From NCBI RefSeq assembly GCF_009914755.1, contig NC_060937.1: a stretch of DNA of 64,000 bases; one strand, 5' to 3'. This document shows positions 12,171 to 27,483 of the stretch, piece after piece. A program made the translations under genes and the position numbers. This DNA is from the human T2T-CHM13v2.0 reference genome, Homo sapiens. Position 1 is the stretch's first letter, and every line of letters starts with the position of its first letter. A model generated the notes under the pieces. That model ran no database searches and was not told the DNA's origin. It saw only the letters and a list, made by a program, of their open reading frames with translations.

Positions 12171-14796
12171 TCAGGTAGTTTCTTATCTTACCCAATCATA
12201 TAAAACCTTTAATGTTCACACAGGAAATTTAGATATAATAATGTGAGCTGAAAAATTTGTGGGAGCAAGAGCAGGTGTTTGGATGATCCCAGCTGTTAAA
12301 ATGAAAAAACCATTTAAAGCTAGAGATAGGATGATTACTTTTGAGAAATGGTATTTGTAAATGTGTTACTACTTGGTACAGTGAAAGAAAAATATGTCAG
12401 ATATTTATTATAACAAAATAATTATTATCTCTGTCTATAGTAGTTGTCTCCTTAATGACGTGTCTCTACCAAAAAAAGGGATCAAATCAGTGTTATTTTC
12501 ATTAGTTTACTATGTTTTCATTTAATTATAAGACATTGTTATTCTTCTTTTCTCTTGGTATTATATCCTGGCAGGAAAGTAATAACATAGAAAAATATAT
12601 GAAACAATAAAAAAAGGTGGAATATTTTTAATAGACTAAATTTTACAAAGAAATTGTAACTGCAGAAGAAAAAAATGAGAAAAATAGGGACATACCAAGA
12701 AGAAATATTGATAAGAGGGGCCTCTGAATGTAGAAGAAAGGGAATAATACTAGCTTTAATTGTAAAAATTGATGCAGCTGACTGCATCAATAAATTCAAA
12801 AGAAATTTCATTTTAGCCTATCCTTTGAAGACAAAAATATCAAAGGGTAGCAAACAAAAATTATGAAAGTTTTATTTTTAGTAAAAAGTTCATGATACCA
12901 AAATTTAAGTGTATAATTAAAGCTGTATTTCATATACTCTACATCCAAATATCCTGATCCTCAGACTGTCACTTTACATTAATGATACTAATGAGAAAAC
13001 CACAGGCAAATGTGGTAAATAGTAATTAGGAACTAATACTCAGCCTGCATCCCCTCCCAGAGGCCATTTCTGTGTTGTGAAACTGTTTTTACACAGTTTA
13101 AGTTTCACCCCTGGGCAGATTTCCTTATGGTCAAGAGTGAAGTTGGAAACTAGCATGTTTAACAAATGTGATGTTGTAAAGGGTAAATGCATTACATGTA
13201 TAAAAGCTGACATGCTGGACAATGAGCTCCCAGGTATAGATGAACTGTTACTTCTCCTTTTGGCTTGAGTTGTAGGTAATAAATCTATTCCTATCTATTC
13301 ATGTTGCCTTAACTATTCTACTCCAACATAACTGCATGAAATGAAATTTAAAAAATTCCACTACTGGTAAATGATTATTTTCCTTATGCTCTGTGCTAAT
13401 ATTCAGACCCATCTAGCACCCTGTCATTTGGATAATTCGGCCTGCACATCTCTTATCTGCATGCATGAATCTAGGGATGGTACAAACATTATATGTGAAA
13501 TAAAGAAAGCTACAAAATTATACATATGTAATTTATATTTGTATGTATATATTTGATCTATAGATAAAATAACCTGTTATTTATATGAGTATAACTTGAT
13601 ATAGAAATTTGAATAAAATTTTAGCACCGTTAAACATGAGGTGATATTGAAGAGCACACACATATTTTTGTGTTTTTCTTATTTACATTTTAAAAATAAA
13701 CATGTGTTTTTAATTTAATCTAATTACTTTCAACGAATGAGTCAATTGTAGTCAATAATAGAGGTTAGCATTTTCCCACCTTGCTTCCAGTTGCCAGGTT
13801 TTGTAGAATCCAGAGAGAAACTGATTATGGCAAAGTTAATGGCTGTGGAGTTTGATGAAATAGCAATGCTGGAAGAAATGTGGCAGAAAAATCAGACGAG
13901 CTCCATGGTGATAAGTGTAATTCACTTCCTGTTGAAATGCATGTTTCCTTTGATGCAATTTTTGGTACCTAAACTCTCTCAAAGTTTGAAAAATACAAAT
14001 AATTTGGTATAATTTTCATTTTTCAAGGCAGTGATTTAATTAAGTACAAGATATTCAATTATTTAAAACTCAAATAATGTACCTTTAACTTCACACATTT
14101 TTTGTTTATTAAGATAGCAGAAGGCTTCACCTAAAAGAGAAAAGAATTTTTTTTAGGAATGAAATCTCTAAATTAGAGTTAGTTGTATATAGCCTTCTTT
14201 ACCCTTCCTTTCCTACTCCTCTGACCAAGAAGAAATAGTGGGCAAAGGCAGAATTGTTACCATTACATTGATAGTATCTTACATTAATAAATCCTAAATC
14301 TTTTGCTTTTCTATATTTCCTTCTTGTATTTCCTCGCATTAAAATTGTAAAATAAATTTGTTAGATACATGTCCCTAGTTAAAGATTGGCTTGAAAACAC
14401 CTACCTTTTTATCTCTTTTATCAAAATATATATTCACATATATTAGGTATTATATATTTCTGTTTAATTGACTTGGTCATTTTTTATCAATATGTGATGC
14501 ATTTCTGTTTATTCCCTACTGATACCTATTGAGAAGGATATATCACAATATTATTTCTTACAGTATTATGTGAAATATTTTCTGATATTAGATTTCAGTA
14601 CTTCTCTACAAAACAAGCAAACAAAGTTAATCTGGCTAAACTATATAACCTCTATGTATCACTACATAATTCTTTCTCAGTGCTTTTTCAGAATTAGAAT
14701 GTTTATATGTAAAGAAGTGCTTTTTACATTGTCTGACACATAGAAGATACTTAACCAGTGTTTGTTCTATTTTATTAATGCTGTTGGTTGTTGTTG

Positions 14797-15094
14797 TTGT
14801 CGTTGTTTTAGAGATGGAGTCTCACTCTGTCACCCAGGCTGGAGTGTAGTGACACGAACATAGCTCACTGCAGTTTCGAACTTCCGGGCTCAAGCAATCC
14901 TCCTGCCTCAGTCTCCTGAGTAGCAAGAACCACAGGTGTGTACACCACCATGCCCTGCTCATTTGTTATTTTTTTCTGTAGAGACAGGGTCTTACTATGT
15001 TGCCCAGGCTAGTCTCAAACTCCTGGGCTCAAGTGATTCTCCCATCTTGGCCTCCTAAAACTTTGGGATTACAGGTATAAGGCACTGACTCAGC
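14797..15094 (-). mobile_element. AluJ
   Basis: Antisense Alu with (TTG)n-type tail. Confidence 0.92.
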
Positions 15095-17671
15095 TATTCT
15101 CCAGTCATACAACTATGTAATTATTGAGAGATTATCATGAATTGATTCTGTGGTAGCGGGTACATCTTATGTAAACTTCAGCTTTACTGGTGTCTGCTAC
15201 TCGCTTGTTTAATTTCAGTGACTCTGCTGCTCTCATTTTGATCTCAGTCATGTATAGTATCAACATTTTCTTGCACTTTCTGTATTCGGCTTGTTTGTAA
15301 GCTACTCACAATTATTTCATGTAAGAAGGTTTCCACGTTCTTTCATATGGCATTATGCCCTATTGCCTTAAGGGCTGAGAGTTAATAGCAAAGACCCCAA
15401 GAATAAACACTACAGTTTCTGTGACTACAACATTTTACAAACTTTTATTTGCTATTTTTTAAAATATCTCCACCTGCCCAACATATATTTATTACCTATT
15501 GCTTTAATATTATGCATCTCCATTAATATAAAATACGTTGTATTCCTCTGACAGATCATTTGGGGATTCTTTAAAAAATATTCCATGCCCATTTATTTTT
15601 CCGTTCAACTATCAGATAAACCATGGCCAATGAATGGTTTGAATGTCTTTGGTGCTAACCCTTATGGTATTGTGCAGGCTTTAGGGACACATAATACAAC
15701 AAAATGTTTTATAAATCAAAACTTGTTAAGAAACCAGCGGTCCTGTGACACATATATTGACCTAGAGTGCTCAGATATATTGAATACTTTTCCAGATAAC
15801 TTTTTAAAAATAATGGCCAAATAAAATTAAAATTCTGCACTGATTTGAAAGTACATAATCAGCATACTGCTTGAATATCTTTATGCTGTGTACAGGAAAC
15901 CATTTCCTCAATGGACTCATTCCCTCTAGGTCTATTTTTGGATGATTTGGTTGGGGTATTTTAAATTCACCTTCCCTATCCCCTAGTAATATTTAGCATT
16001 CCCCTAGAGAATGTGAATTCATTCATCCTGAAATATCCATTGATGACAACATCATTATTGATTTTACCTGTATTGGGATGATATGGCAATTATGTAAAGG
16101 CATAATCTGTTTAGGTATCTATGTTAGAGACATTTGGCATAAAGAAAATTTTACATTTTGCAAATAGCTTAGTCATTCATTCAATCACACAACTATATAT
16201 TTACTGTGAGGTTATTATGACTCAGAACTATGGTGGCTGGTAGCAACGATTACACTTAATGACTGCTATCCTCTTTTTAATTTCAGTGGTGTCTCTTTTG
16301 CTTTTATATTTTAGTGAGGTATAGTGTTAATAATTACTTGTGAGTTTTTATGTTCAGATTATTTGCAAGCTGCTCATAAACCTTTCATATAAACTGCCTT
16401 TTGCATTATTAGCAAAGCACAGAAATAGCTCACATGTTTAAAAATTTAAATCATTGAAAAAGAATTTTTTACTGTCTTCACAAATGTAAAATAAAAGACT
16501 ATATGGTAAATTTCCATTTTAACTTCATATGCTTTATTTGAATTTTAGATATTTTGAAAAGTTAATATGAAATATGAATATGATTCGCAAGGCACAAGTG
16601 GTTCTCTTTCCAGATCCAGTGTCTGATAATACTTGGTAGGTTTTGATTCCCTAGACATATCCTAAAATTTTCCTTAGTTTTATTTTTACTTTTGCAATTT
16701 ATGCAAACTGAAATGTATACTTGGATGAAAATATCCCAAGCATGTTATAAAATGAGCTCAAATTCTTTCATTCTCATGAAAACTTAATAGATTATTACAG
16801 TTGATATTGTACTTAGTAGAATTATTTGACATCTGTTTACATAAATTACATTCTCTGCAAAATTTTCAGTGTGCTGAGGGAGATAACTACTTTTTTACAT
16901 GGTTTTCCCTCCTCAAATGTACACATATTAATTTGATTAAAATAGACCAATTAAATGAATGGAAAATAAACTTTCCTCCTAATTTTTTGGGAATAAACTA
17001 TTTCAAACTTAGTCGTCAATCAAGTATGAGAAACTGGTGCATGCTGACTTAGTTATAAATTTGCTTATTTTATTGATACCATATAGCATTTAACTTTATG
17101 TTCTCACTGAATTTTAATCCTATTAAAATTCTCCTGGCAGTTCTATTCAGAGAGAAAAGTTAGAATTTCTACAAAACTTAAAATTATTTATAGATGAGTA
17201 TCTCAATATATTTTTGTTGAGATATATCTAGGAGGATAGTTTATGTTTAGTTGTTGAAATACATCAATATTGAGCTCTTGGTGTGTCTCAACCAAATAGC
17301 CACATAGGGGAGCTCTAACCCAGCAAAAGAATAAATCACCTGCTAAACAGGATACCAAAACAATATTTTTTTCTTTTCAAAATGAAATCCAAAGAGAGTT
17401 TTAGCCATTTTTACATTATTCCAATTATATTCTTTACATGCCTCTCAGAAATGTTTACCTGAAAATTACGTGTCACATTCAAAATGATTTACAGCAAAAG
17501 CCTTTTTCCCCCTGCTAACCTGTGTCTATTCTACATTAGCATGAAATTGCATTGCAATAGCTAGAGATTTTAGTTCAAAGCAATTATACTCAATAAAATG
17601 ACTATGAATTTAGTTTGCCTGCAGTAACTGATGAATGGAAGTGTTCATTGACTGTATAAAGATAAAAATAT

Positions 17672-17985
17672 GGCTGAGCCCAGTGGCTCATGTCTGTAAT
17701 CCCAGCACTTTGTGAAGCCGAGGTGGGTGCATCACCTCTGGTCAGGAGTTTGAGACCAGACTGGCCAAAGTGGTGAAAGCCCATCTCTACTAAAAATACA
17801 CACACAAAAAAAATTAGCCGTGCATGGTGGTGCATGCCTGAATCCCAGCTCCTTGGGCAGGAGGCAGGAGAATCACTTGAACCTGGGAGGCGGAAGTTGC
17901 AGTGAGGAGAGGTTGTGCTACTGCACCTCATCCTGGGAACCTGGGCAACAGAGTGAGTGAGATGCCGTCTCAGGAAAAAAAAAAA
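17672..17985 (+). mobile_element. AluS
   Basis: Full-length Alu. Confidence 0.93.
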
Positions 17986-18157
17986 GTGGGGGGGGAGATG
18001 AAAGTATCAGAGCAAATCTTTAATAATGTATAGTTAATTCATGGTAAAAATGACTATTTTTAACTCTCTGTCCTATATTGAGTACATATTTCAACACTTT
18101 CTGCCTGTGTGGTAATTTTAACTGAACTAGAACATTTGTTTTGTGTTTTATATTATG

Positions 18158-18387
18158 CAGTTTAAGAATCCTGAATCCAAAAATCTGAAACCCAAAATGT
18201 TCCAAAATTCAAAACTTTTCAAATACCAACATGATGTTCAAATAAAATGCTCATTGAAACATTTCAGAGTTCAGATTTTGGAATAAAGGATGCTCAACCA
18301 GCATGTATAATACAAATATTGTAAAATCAAAAAAAAATTGAAATCTAAAACACTTGAAAACCATTTGGAAAAAGGAGACTCAACCTG
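18158..18387 (+). mobile_element. Tigger4a (Zombi)-like non-autonomous DNA transposon
   Basis: aatccaaaaatctgaaacccaaaatg...ggatgctcaacc...actcaacctg followed by TA; ~230 bp. Confidence 0.8.
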
Positions 18388-18559
18388 TAAAATGAAACAC
18401 AATGTAAAATAAAATATCATTAAATGCTTTTAAAAAAATGATTGAAAGTCATCACTTAATAGTACATAATTCTTAATAGTTTGATTTTTTAGTTTTAACT
18501 AAATTTATTTCATAAATATTTCCAAATGATTTTAACAAAGAGAAGAAAAAACATGCTTT

Positions 18560-21500
18560 TGGGGGATTACTTTCAGAATAGGAGCATGAGAAACTACACA
18601 GAACCTCTCCCAAGAAAATCAACTATGAATGGCAAAAGCTAGTAAAAATACATTTGTATAAACAATTTAGCTTTTAAAGACTCTGCAAATTGTCCTAAGA
18701 GCATGCAGCAAATGAAGAAGCAATAAATCTTATTAAGAACAGTGAAAGTCTATGTCACTCGGGCTCCAGCCTATCCCTTCTAGATCAGAGGACTGAAACT
18801 CTGCTTGGATTGAGTGTGGCTAAGAAAACAGGGCTTATTCTCTTTGTCTCAGCTCCTGGTCAATGGTTATAGTATATGAATGGAAAGGCGGCAAACCACT
18901 AGCATTTCTCAAAACCCTCAGTTCCATGTCTTGAAAGCTAACTCCAGGTGATTGCCATAAAGAGGCTGGGCTCCCCCCATCCCTTTATCTAGCTCCTATT
19001 CCGAGGGCTGAGGCTATACCTCAGGTGTGGCAAGCCAAAATTAGACCCCCAATTTCTGCTGCCTCAGCTCATTTTTATGGTATAGGTTCAATGCTAAAAG
19101 AGATAAGCCAAGATGACCAGAAGTTACAAATAAAAAAAGCAAACAACAACAATAAGTCCTAGAGAGAGGTGAGATTATTATCCAGAGCTGATATAATACA
19201 TTGCCAAACTCGTCCTGATTCCAACAAAAAAAACTATGAGACATGCAAAGAAAGAAGAAAGTGACCATATATACAAAAATAGCAGGCAAGGAACTGCCTG
19301 TGAAAGGTCAGCTATGTGGAACTTCAGAAAGATTTGAGAGAAACTATTATAGATAAGCTCAAAAAAACACAGAAAATTGTGCATAAAGAAATAATGTATG
19401 ATGACAATTTGTCCTCAAATACTAAATATCCATAAACAGAAGTTATTTTTGGAAAATTGAAATTCACAATCTAAATAGCAGCATAACACATGAAAATTAC
19501 ACTATTATAGGGTACATTTTGTATTCTATCATTGTGGGTGACAAAATTAGTATATTATAGGCGGGTCAAAAGTAGACTTGAATGTGCAGAAGTGAGGTTT
19601 AATTAACTTGATGATTGTTAGAGACTATGTAATCTGAATAACAGAGACAAAGATTGATGAAAATGAACAGAGCCTCAGCAAAATGCAGATCATTATTAAT
19701 CACAACATATGAATGATGTAAATAGCAGAGAGGAAGAAAAGGTGTACAAAATATATTTGATGAATCACTAAAATCTTTCCAAATGTGAGGAACAGCATTA
19801 ATGTAATTCTCCAATAAGCTACAAATCAATAAATGCAAAAAGATTCACACAAATTCAAATTATATTAAAAATGATGAAAAGCTAAGAAAGTCTTGAAGGC
19901 AGCAAGAGAAAAATAACATCACTTAAAACGAAATGCAGATAAGATTAATGGCAGACCTCTCATCAAAACAATGGAGGCCTGCAGGCAGTGGGATGACATA
20001 TTCAAAGGGCTAAAAGGAAATAAATAAATAAATAATTGTCAAACAAGAATCTTAAGTTCAGCAAAATAAGTTTTACAAATCAAGATGAGAAAATAAAGAC
20101 ATTCACAGGTAAACAATTGAAAAACATGTGTTATTAGCAAACTTTTCTTATAAGAAGTATGAAAGAAAGATTTTCTAACTGAAAGGAAGTGACTCCAAAC
20201 AGCAATTTGGACACACACAAAAAAATGTTTTAACGAACTAACTCAAAAAAAAAAAATAGAAAACATTAACAGATTTGGAATGTTAAATTAAAAATATTAA
20301 TGAATGCAAAAGAAAGCAGCAAAAGGGGGATACAGGAAGAAAATACATGAGGCATATAAATTGGAAGATATAAATCCAACTATATCAATAGTAACATTAA
20401 ATATTATTGGTTAAAAATCTCATGAATGAATGGCTGGGCGTGGTGGCTCACACCTGTAATCCCAGAACTTTGGGAGGCCAAGATGGGTGGATCACGAGGT
20501 CAGGAGCTCGAAACCATCCTGGCTAACATGGTGAAACCCCATCTCTACTAAAAATATAAAAAAGTAGCCGGGCGTAGTGGCAGGCACCTGTAATCCCAGC
20601 TACTCATGAGGCTGAGGCAGGAGAATGGCGTGAACCCAGGAGGCGGAGCTTGCAGTGAGCCCAGATGGCACCACTGCACTCCAGCCTGGGCGACAGAGTG
20701 AGACTCCATCTCAAAAAGAAAAAAAAAATCTGATGAATGAATAAACAGGATTTTCATTAATAATTAAACAAGAACAAACAGAAACAAACAAAACAAATAT
20801 CAAATGCTCTATATTGAAGACGCTCTTTAAAAATAAAAGGTCAAAAATAAAAGAATGGAAAAGTGTATTATACAAATAGCAATAAAAATAAGGCTGAAAC
20901 AGCTATACTAATATTAGACAAAATTGATTTAAAACAGACAAAAGAATCAGAGACAAAGAAACATATGAAAATAATAAAAATGGTAAATCCATACAAAAAT
21001 GTAATTATGTGCATATACGCACATAAGAAAATAGCCCAAAATGTAGGAAACAAAAGTGAAAGACGTGAAAGAAGAAATATGTAATTCAAAAGGAATAGTA
21101 GGAAACGTTAATACCTCATAACAATAATGGGTAGAATAGATTGGTGAAGATGAACTGGAGAAAATGTGATTAACACTAAAATACAAGTCTTAACAGATAT
21201 TTTTAGAAAATTTCACCCAGTAATGATAGAATATAAAGTATCTGCTATACATGAAACATCTTCAGAATACACAAGACGCCAAATCATGAAGTAAGCTTCA
21301 GTGTATCTGAAAAGATTTAAATCCTAAAAAGTATTTTCTTCAATCACAATGGAATATTATAATTCAATAACAGAATGAAACTTGAGAAATTTACAAATAA
21401 GTGGAAATTAAAATAAAACACTCCTAAATAGCTAATGAGTCACAAAATCACAGAGGAATCTAGAAATACTTTGAAATAAATGAAAATAAAGGCACAACAA

Positions 21501-22070
21501 ACCAAAACTCACAGAATACAACTAAATTAGTGCCTAGAAGCAAATTTATAGCTGTAAATGCCCCTATTAAAAAGAATGAAGTTCTCAAATTAATACCATA
21601 TCTTTCCATCATAAGAAACTAGAAACAAGAAAATAAATGGAAGCAAGGAAAGAAAATAATAAAGATTAGGGCAGAAATAAAGAAACATTAATGGAAAATT
21701 TTTGAAACCAAAAGTTGATTCTATAAAAAGTCAGGAAAAGAAAATGCCAATAAACTTTAAGGTAAAGAGACCAAGGGGAAAAAAGAAACAGGAAGACTCA
21801 AATTGTTTAATTATTTCAATTTGATTTCAATTATAGAAAATGTAGAAACAAATTTGCCTAGGATCAGGAATGGGAGAGATAAGAAGAAATAAGAAGTAAC
21901 TGTTATTGCGTATATGAGATTTTCTGAGCGGGGGATTGATGATAGTTTTCTAAAATCAATTTTGGCAATGTTTGTACAATTCCATGAATGAACTAAAAAA
22001 ATTTAATTTTATACTTGAAGTGGGTTAATTATATATGAATTACATCTCAGAGCTATTAAATATAAAATTA
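18560..22070 (+). mobile_element. Old L1M: 5'UTR, ORF1, start of ORF2, plus a 3' fragment
   Basis: ORF1 motifs (gaaggcagcaagagaaaaa; caatggaggcctgcaggcagtgggatgacatattcaaag) and endonuclease-region motifs (aaatttatagctgtaaatgcc). Confidence 0.75.
20432..20728 (+). mobile_element. AluY with 19-bp TSD
   Basis: TSD aaaaatct(c/g)atgaatgaat at 20413-20431 and 20724-20742. Confidence 0.95.
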
Positions 22071-23179
22071 TCAATATATGACTAGCAATCAGAATGAAGA
22101 GGTCACAAGCACAGCATACTGAATGTCATATTATTTCAGTCAACACATGGCTGAAATTTACAGAAAATAAACCAGTAGACTCTATTTCAAAAAGCCTAAA
22201 AAGTAGGATACAAAATATAAGTAGTCAATACTATGTGTAAAATTTAATATTTTAAAATTCTAATATTAATTACCACAAGCTCATTTAGTTTATAGAGGTA
22301 GAATTGAGAAGTCCATATTATGAACACATCAACCATTAGAATTTAATATCAACCTAATTACTTGATGGTGGCAACTTGATTAATGCAATTGATGCAAAAG
22401 TCAGAGTGAGGGCCTAAGGTGAAAATGATGTGCGATATATTAAATGCATACTACTGCTCCTTCTATTTCATGCAACAATTGTACATAAATGAGCTTTCTG
22501 TAAATAAACATGCAATACATTTTTCAAAATATTTAAAATTCACACTAACTTGTTATCAATAAACAGACTTGAGTTCCAGCACAGTAGATCATTAAGTTAA
22601 AAAGCCTAAATGTGTTCTTTTTCAAAATGAATGCATTCGAAAATTCTAAATTGTCAACACACTTTATAATCTCTGTATATTATAGAGGACATAGTAAATC
22701 ATGTGCTCTATGTACTGAGAGAGGCTGGTACCCTGAAAATAATACCCAGCTTTCATCGCTAACGGGATCCAGGTAATGTTCTGATAGTGGGAATGCTAGA
22801 AGATTAGACAAGAAAGGGGAAAAGTTAAACAATTCCCAGTTCTGTCTTTCTTCTGTCTTTTTTACCCATCCATCAGCAGAGGACAGATCTGGGCTGCAGC
22901 ATCATCATCAGCTTCAGGGCCTGCAATGTGAAACCTCTTTCTTGGTCTCAGTACCAGAAAATTTTGCCCTGGCCCCTGCTGTGCAGCACCAAGGCAGCTC
23001 CTCTGCATGTTCAACAGTGACTTTCAGCAATGACTTTCACAGTGTTTCCATCAACCACCATGACGGGTCTCCTCCCTGAGATCCCAGCCATGTCTGTGCA
23101 GCCTTATTATAGTAGTATCAGATTGCCGTGTGTATTTGCAAAATTTTTCCTGCACACTTTTTTCTTTCTTTTCACTCTT

Positions 23180-23405
23180 TAAAATGTTTATTATGGTAAG
23201 ATATAACACCATAAAATTTATTATTTTAATTGTTTTAAGAGTACAGTTCAGCAGCATTAAGTACATTCACATCGTTGTGCAACTATCACCACCATATGTT
23301 TCCGGAACTTTTCATCATTCCAAATTGAAACTCTGTACCCATTAAACAATAAGTCCACGTTCGTCCTTCTCCCAGGCTCTGGTAACCGCTGTTCTACTTT
23401 GTTTT
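23180..23405 (-). mobile_element. L1MB 3' end fragment
   Basis: tacagttcagcagcattaagtacattcacatcgttgtgcaactatcacc...ctctgtacccattaaacaataa. Confidence 0.8.
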
Positions 23406-23663
23406 TTTCTTTCTGACTTTTATTTTAGGTTCAGGGGGCACATGTGCAGGTTTGTTTCATGGGTAAATTGTTTGTCATACGGGTTTGGTGTACAAATTAT
23501 TTCGTCATTCAGGTAATGAGCGTAGTGCCCAATAGGTAGTTTTCTGATCCTCACCCTCTTCCCACTCTTTTCCTAAATGAACTAACGCAGGAACAGAAAA
23601 CAAAATACCACACGTTCTTATTATAAGTGAGAGCCAAACACTGAGTACACATGGACACAAAGA
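23406..23663 (-). mobile_element. Short L1PA (L1PA15/16-like) with 5' inversion
   Basis: Antisense 3'UTR at 23406-23575 joined to a sense-oriented upstream piece at 23576-23663. Confidence 0.78.
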
Positions 23664-23956
23664 CCTGAACCCTTTTATATACAAATTCCCCCCTTCACTT
23701 TTCAGAACTAGCGCTACTTTTTTTTTTTTTTTCCAGTCAGTTTTCCAGGCTAGAGTTTGTACTGGAACCCTTGGCTGCAAAAAATCCTCTCACCTACCAA
23801 AGTGGTGAAGTTATAGGCACGAGCCACCATGCCCTTATTCTGTTTGTTCTGGTTGTATATCATGTCTCCCAGTTACTTTACCTGCCTCTCTTTGCTTTTC
23901 CAGCTTGTGCGAGTAAAAAATCATTGTATCGAATCTCTTATGTCTGAAATAACTAG

Positions 23957-24317
<361 letters not shown>

Positions 24318-26356
24318 AGACAGACCATTTTAATGGTAACAACTATTTGAAAATATTATTTATTTTGTTAAGACAACATTTTTAAAAAGTGGAGTAAATA
24401 GAACAATAAATACTTAATCATCTAAAATGACACGAATAAATCAAAGTTGTATTTACTTGGTAGGCATCAGATAAGTGACATCCTAAGATATATACTCTTT
24501 GATATTTCAAGTTTCCTCAGTATAGGCCCATGTTCACAGATAACATCAATTTCACAATTAACATCCCATTTCTAATGTCTCTTATTATCAAGCAACTAAT
24601 TTTATAAATGTCAACTTCTCTTTTATTTGTTATGTTAATTGCCAGAGTCTCTGGCACTCAGCAAAGGTTAACATTACAGAAACACATTTAGAAAACACTT
24701 CTGAAATACAGAGTTTTTCATCAAAATGCTAGCTAATCACCTTAGAAGTGTGGATTTCTGCTTAGTATCACGGATCATTAAAATATATGGATATTCAATA
24801 TGTTTAAGTATATTAAAGGGAATACATATGTCAGAGTGGAAAGATATTATTTAATATCTGCAATGGTTCACTAGTTGAAGTTCTAATGAAACTTTTCATG
24901 AAAATCATAAAAGGGAATTTAGTAATATTAAGTTAAATTACTTTGATTTATATGAATTTGCTTGATTTGGCAGGTTTTTAAATGCTGATTGTAAACTTTA
25001 GATGTATTTTAAACAAAATTACTATAATATATTAAATGTTAACTCAACTGATTACATTTTTGATATATTATGGCGATAAAGATGTGGGTAATAAACACAA
25101 CAAGTGAAAATTTTGAAGTGAAAATTATTAAAACATTTTAAAATAAAATTTGAATTAATCTATTACAATTTTAATATGTGTATAGCTTATATCCAGAAAT
25201 ATCAATTTTAGAAAACTTCCAGATTTTGAAACACCTCTATGTTAGAATATATGTTCAAGTATATGTATTATTTATTGCAATATACTTTTTAACTCACATC
25301 TGGAAACACAATGTCTATCAACATAATATCTATAAATGGGGTGTGAATGAAAATGTATGGTACACCATTTCACATCTCTAATAATATGTAACTATTTTAA
25401 TAGTTTTCAGTGTCTATCCATCTTCTATCTAAAAGTTCTAAATTTCTGGTTCAACAGAAAAGAGATATTATTAACATTCATATTTGTAAAGCTGAGTACT
25501 GTTTGTTGGGGAAAAATAAATTGATATAATAATTTGGAAAACAAACTATTTTATGCTTTTTAAAATAAACATGAAAAAAGCAGCTTATGATTTTTAGTAG
25601 GAAACTTTATTATGAAAGTTATGAAATTATACTTAGATTAAATAAAATTTGATCTTATTTTTCTAGAATATTTCTACTTGATATTAATAAAAAATGAACC
25701 ACTTGATTATTTTGGAAGATGTAAATTTTTTCTGAAAATTGAAACAGTCCTTTGTGGTCGGGAGAAAGTATGTCTATGCTATCGTTGTTCATGGAATGAA
25801 ATCAAATTTGAAGACCAGTTTTCTATAGGTACCACTAAACCTCATTCTTCTCGTGTGAAGAAACTGAACATTGGGTTTGCTAAGGTACTGAATGTATCAA
25901 GAAAACCTTTTATCTACACCATTTTATGTGTCACAGACTCTATCACTCTAATATAATGACAGAAAATCATTGAAACAAAAAAGCTTACTATCCTGCAATA
26001 GCAATAAAAAACACATTTACCCTGAACCAACACATCCATTATCTTGTAACATCAGGGATGTAAAAGAGAGAGAAATTGAGACTGCAAGACTCCTTAGCGT
26101 AACTTAGTGTTTCAGTATTTTCCATTGTTGTGATGTCAGTCAGATTAGGAAGAAGACAAAAATGGGATTTTAACCTAATTATTCATCACTCCAGTGTTGT
26201 TTTTCAAAATTTTCCATATAAAACCAAATAAAAAGTTATTTGACATGACATAAGCCACAATGCTTTGCATGTATTATAATCAAAATTGGATTTTTAAAAA
26301 AGTCCTTCAATTTAAAGAGAAAATATACAAATGTGTATTAAAAAACTATTGCTGTT

Positions 26357-26669
<313 letters not shown>

Positions 26670-27142
26670 TATTGTTGTATAATACATATAGATAACAGTT
26701 GTATAAGCATGAATGCAATCTTTTTAATAATTTTAAGTTAATATTCCCATATTGTTAAATTCCCATATTATTCCCATATTGTTAAATTTTAAGTTAAAAC
26801 ATTTCCATTTAAATAAACCAAGAATAGACTGAAGTTGGTTTAGGTCACAGTGGCCAGATCCTGCTTTGGATTTAGCAGTAGCTGTGGTCTTAGAAAGTTG
26901 AATACCTGAAATATGATTTATGACAACCCCTAAAATGGGATGTGATTAATAATCAAATTGCTGCATTGTTTTTTGTAATAGCTAATCTGCATAGCAATGT
27001 TTATTTATGTACATGACATGTAACTTAGATTGATTGCCAGTATTTTTATTTCACTCTAAAATACAAATTTAAATTTTATATTTGACTAGGAACAAACGAA
27101 TCTCCTTATATTTAATATTTTCAAATACTATAAGCAAATTGA

Positions 27143-27483
<341 letters not shown>

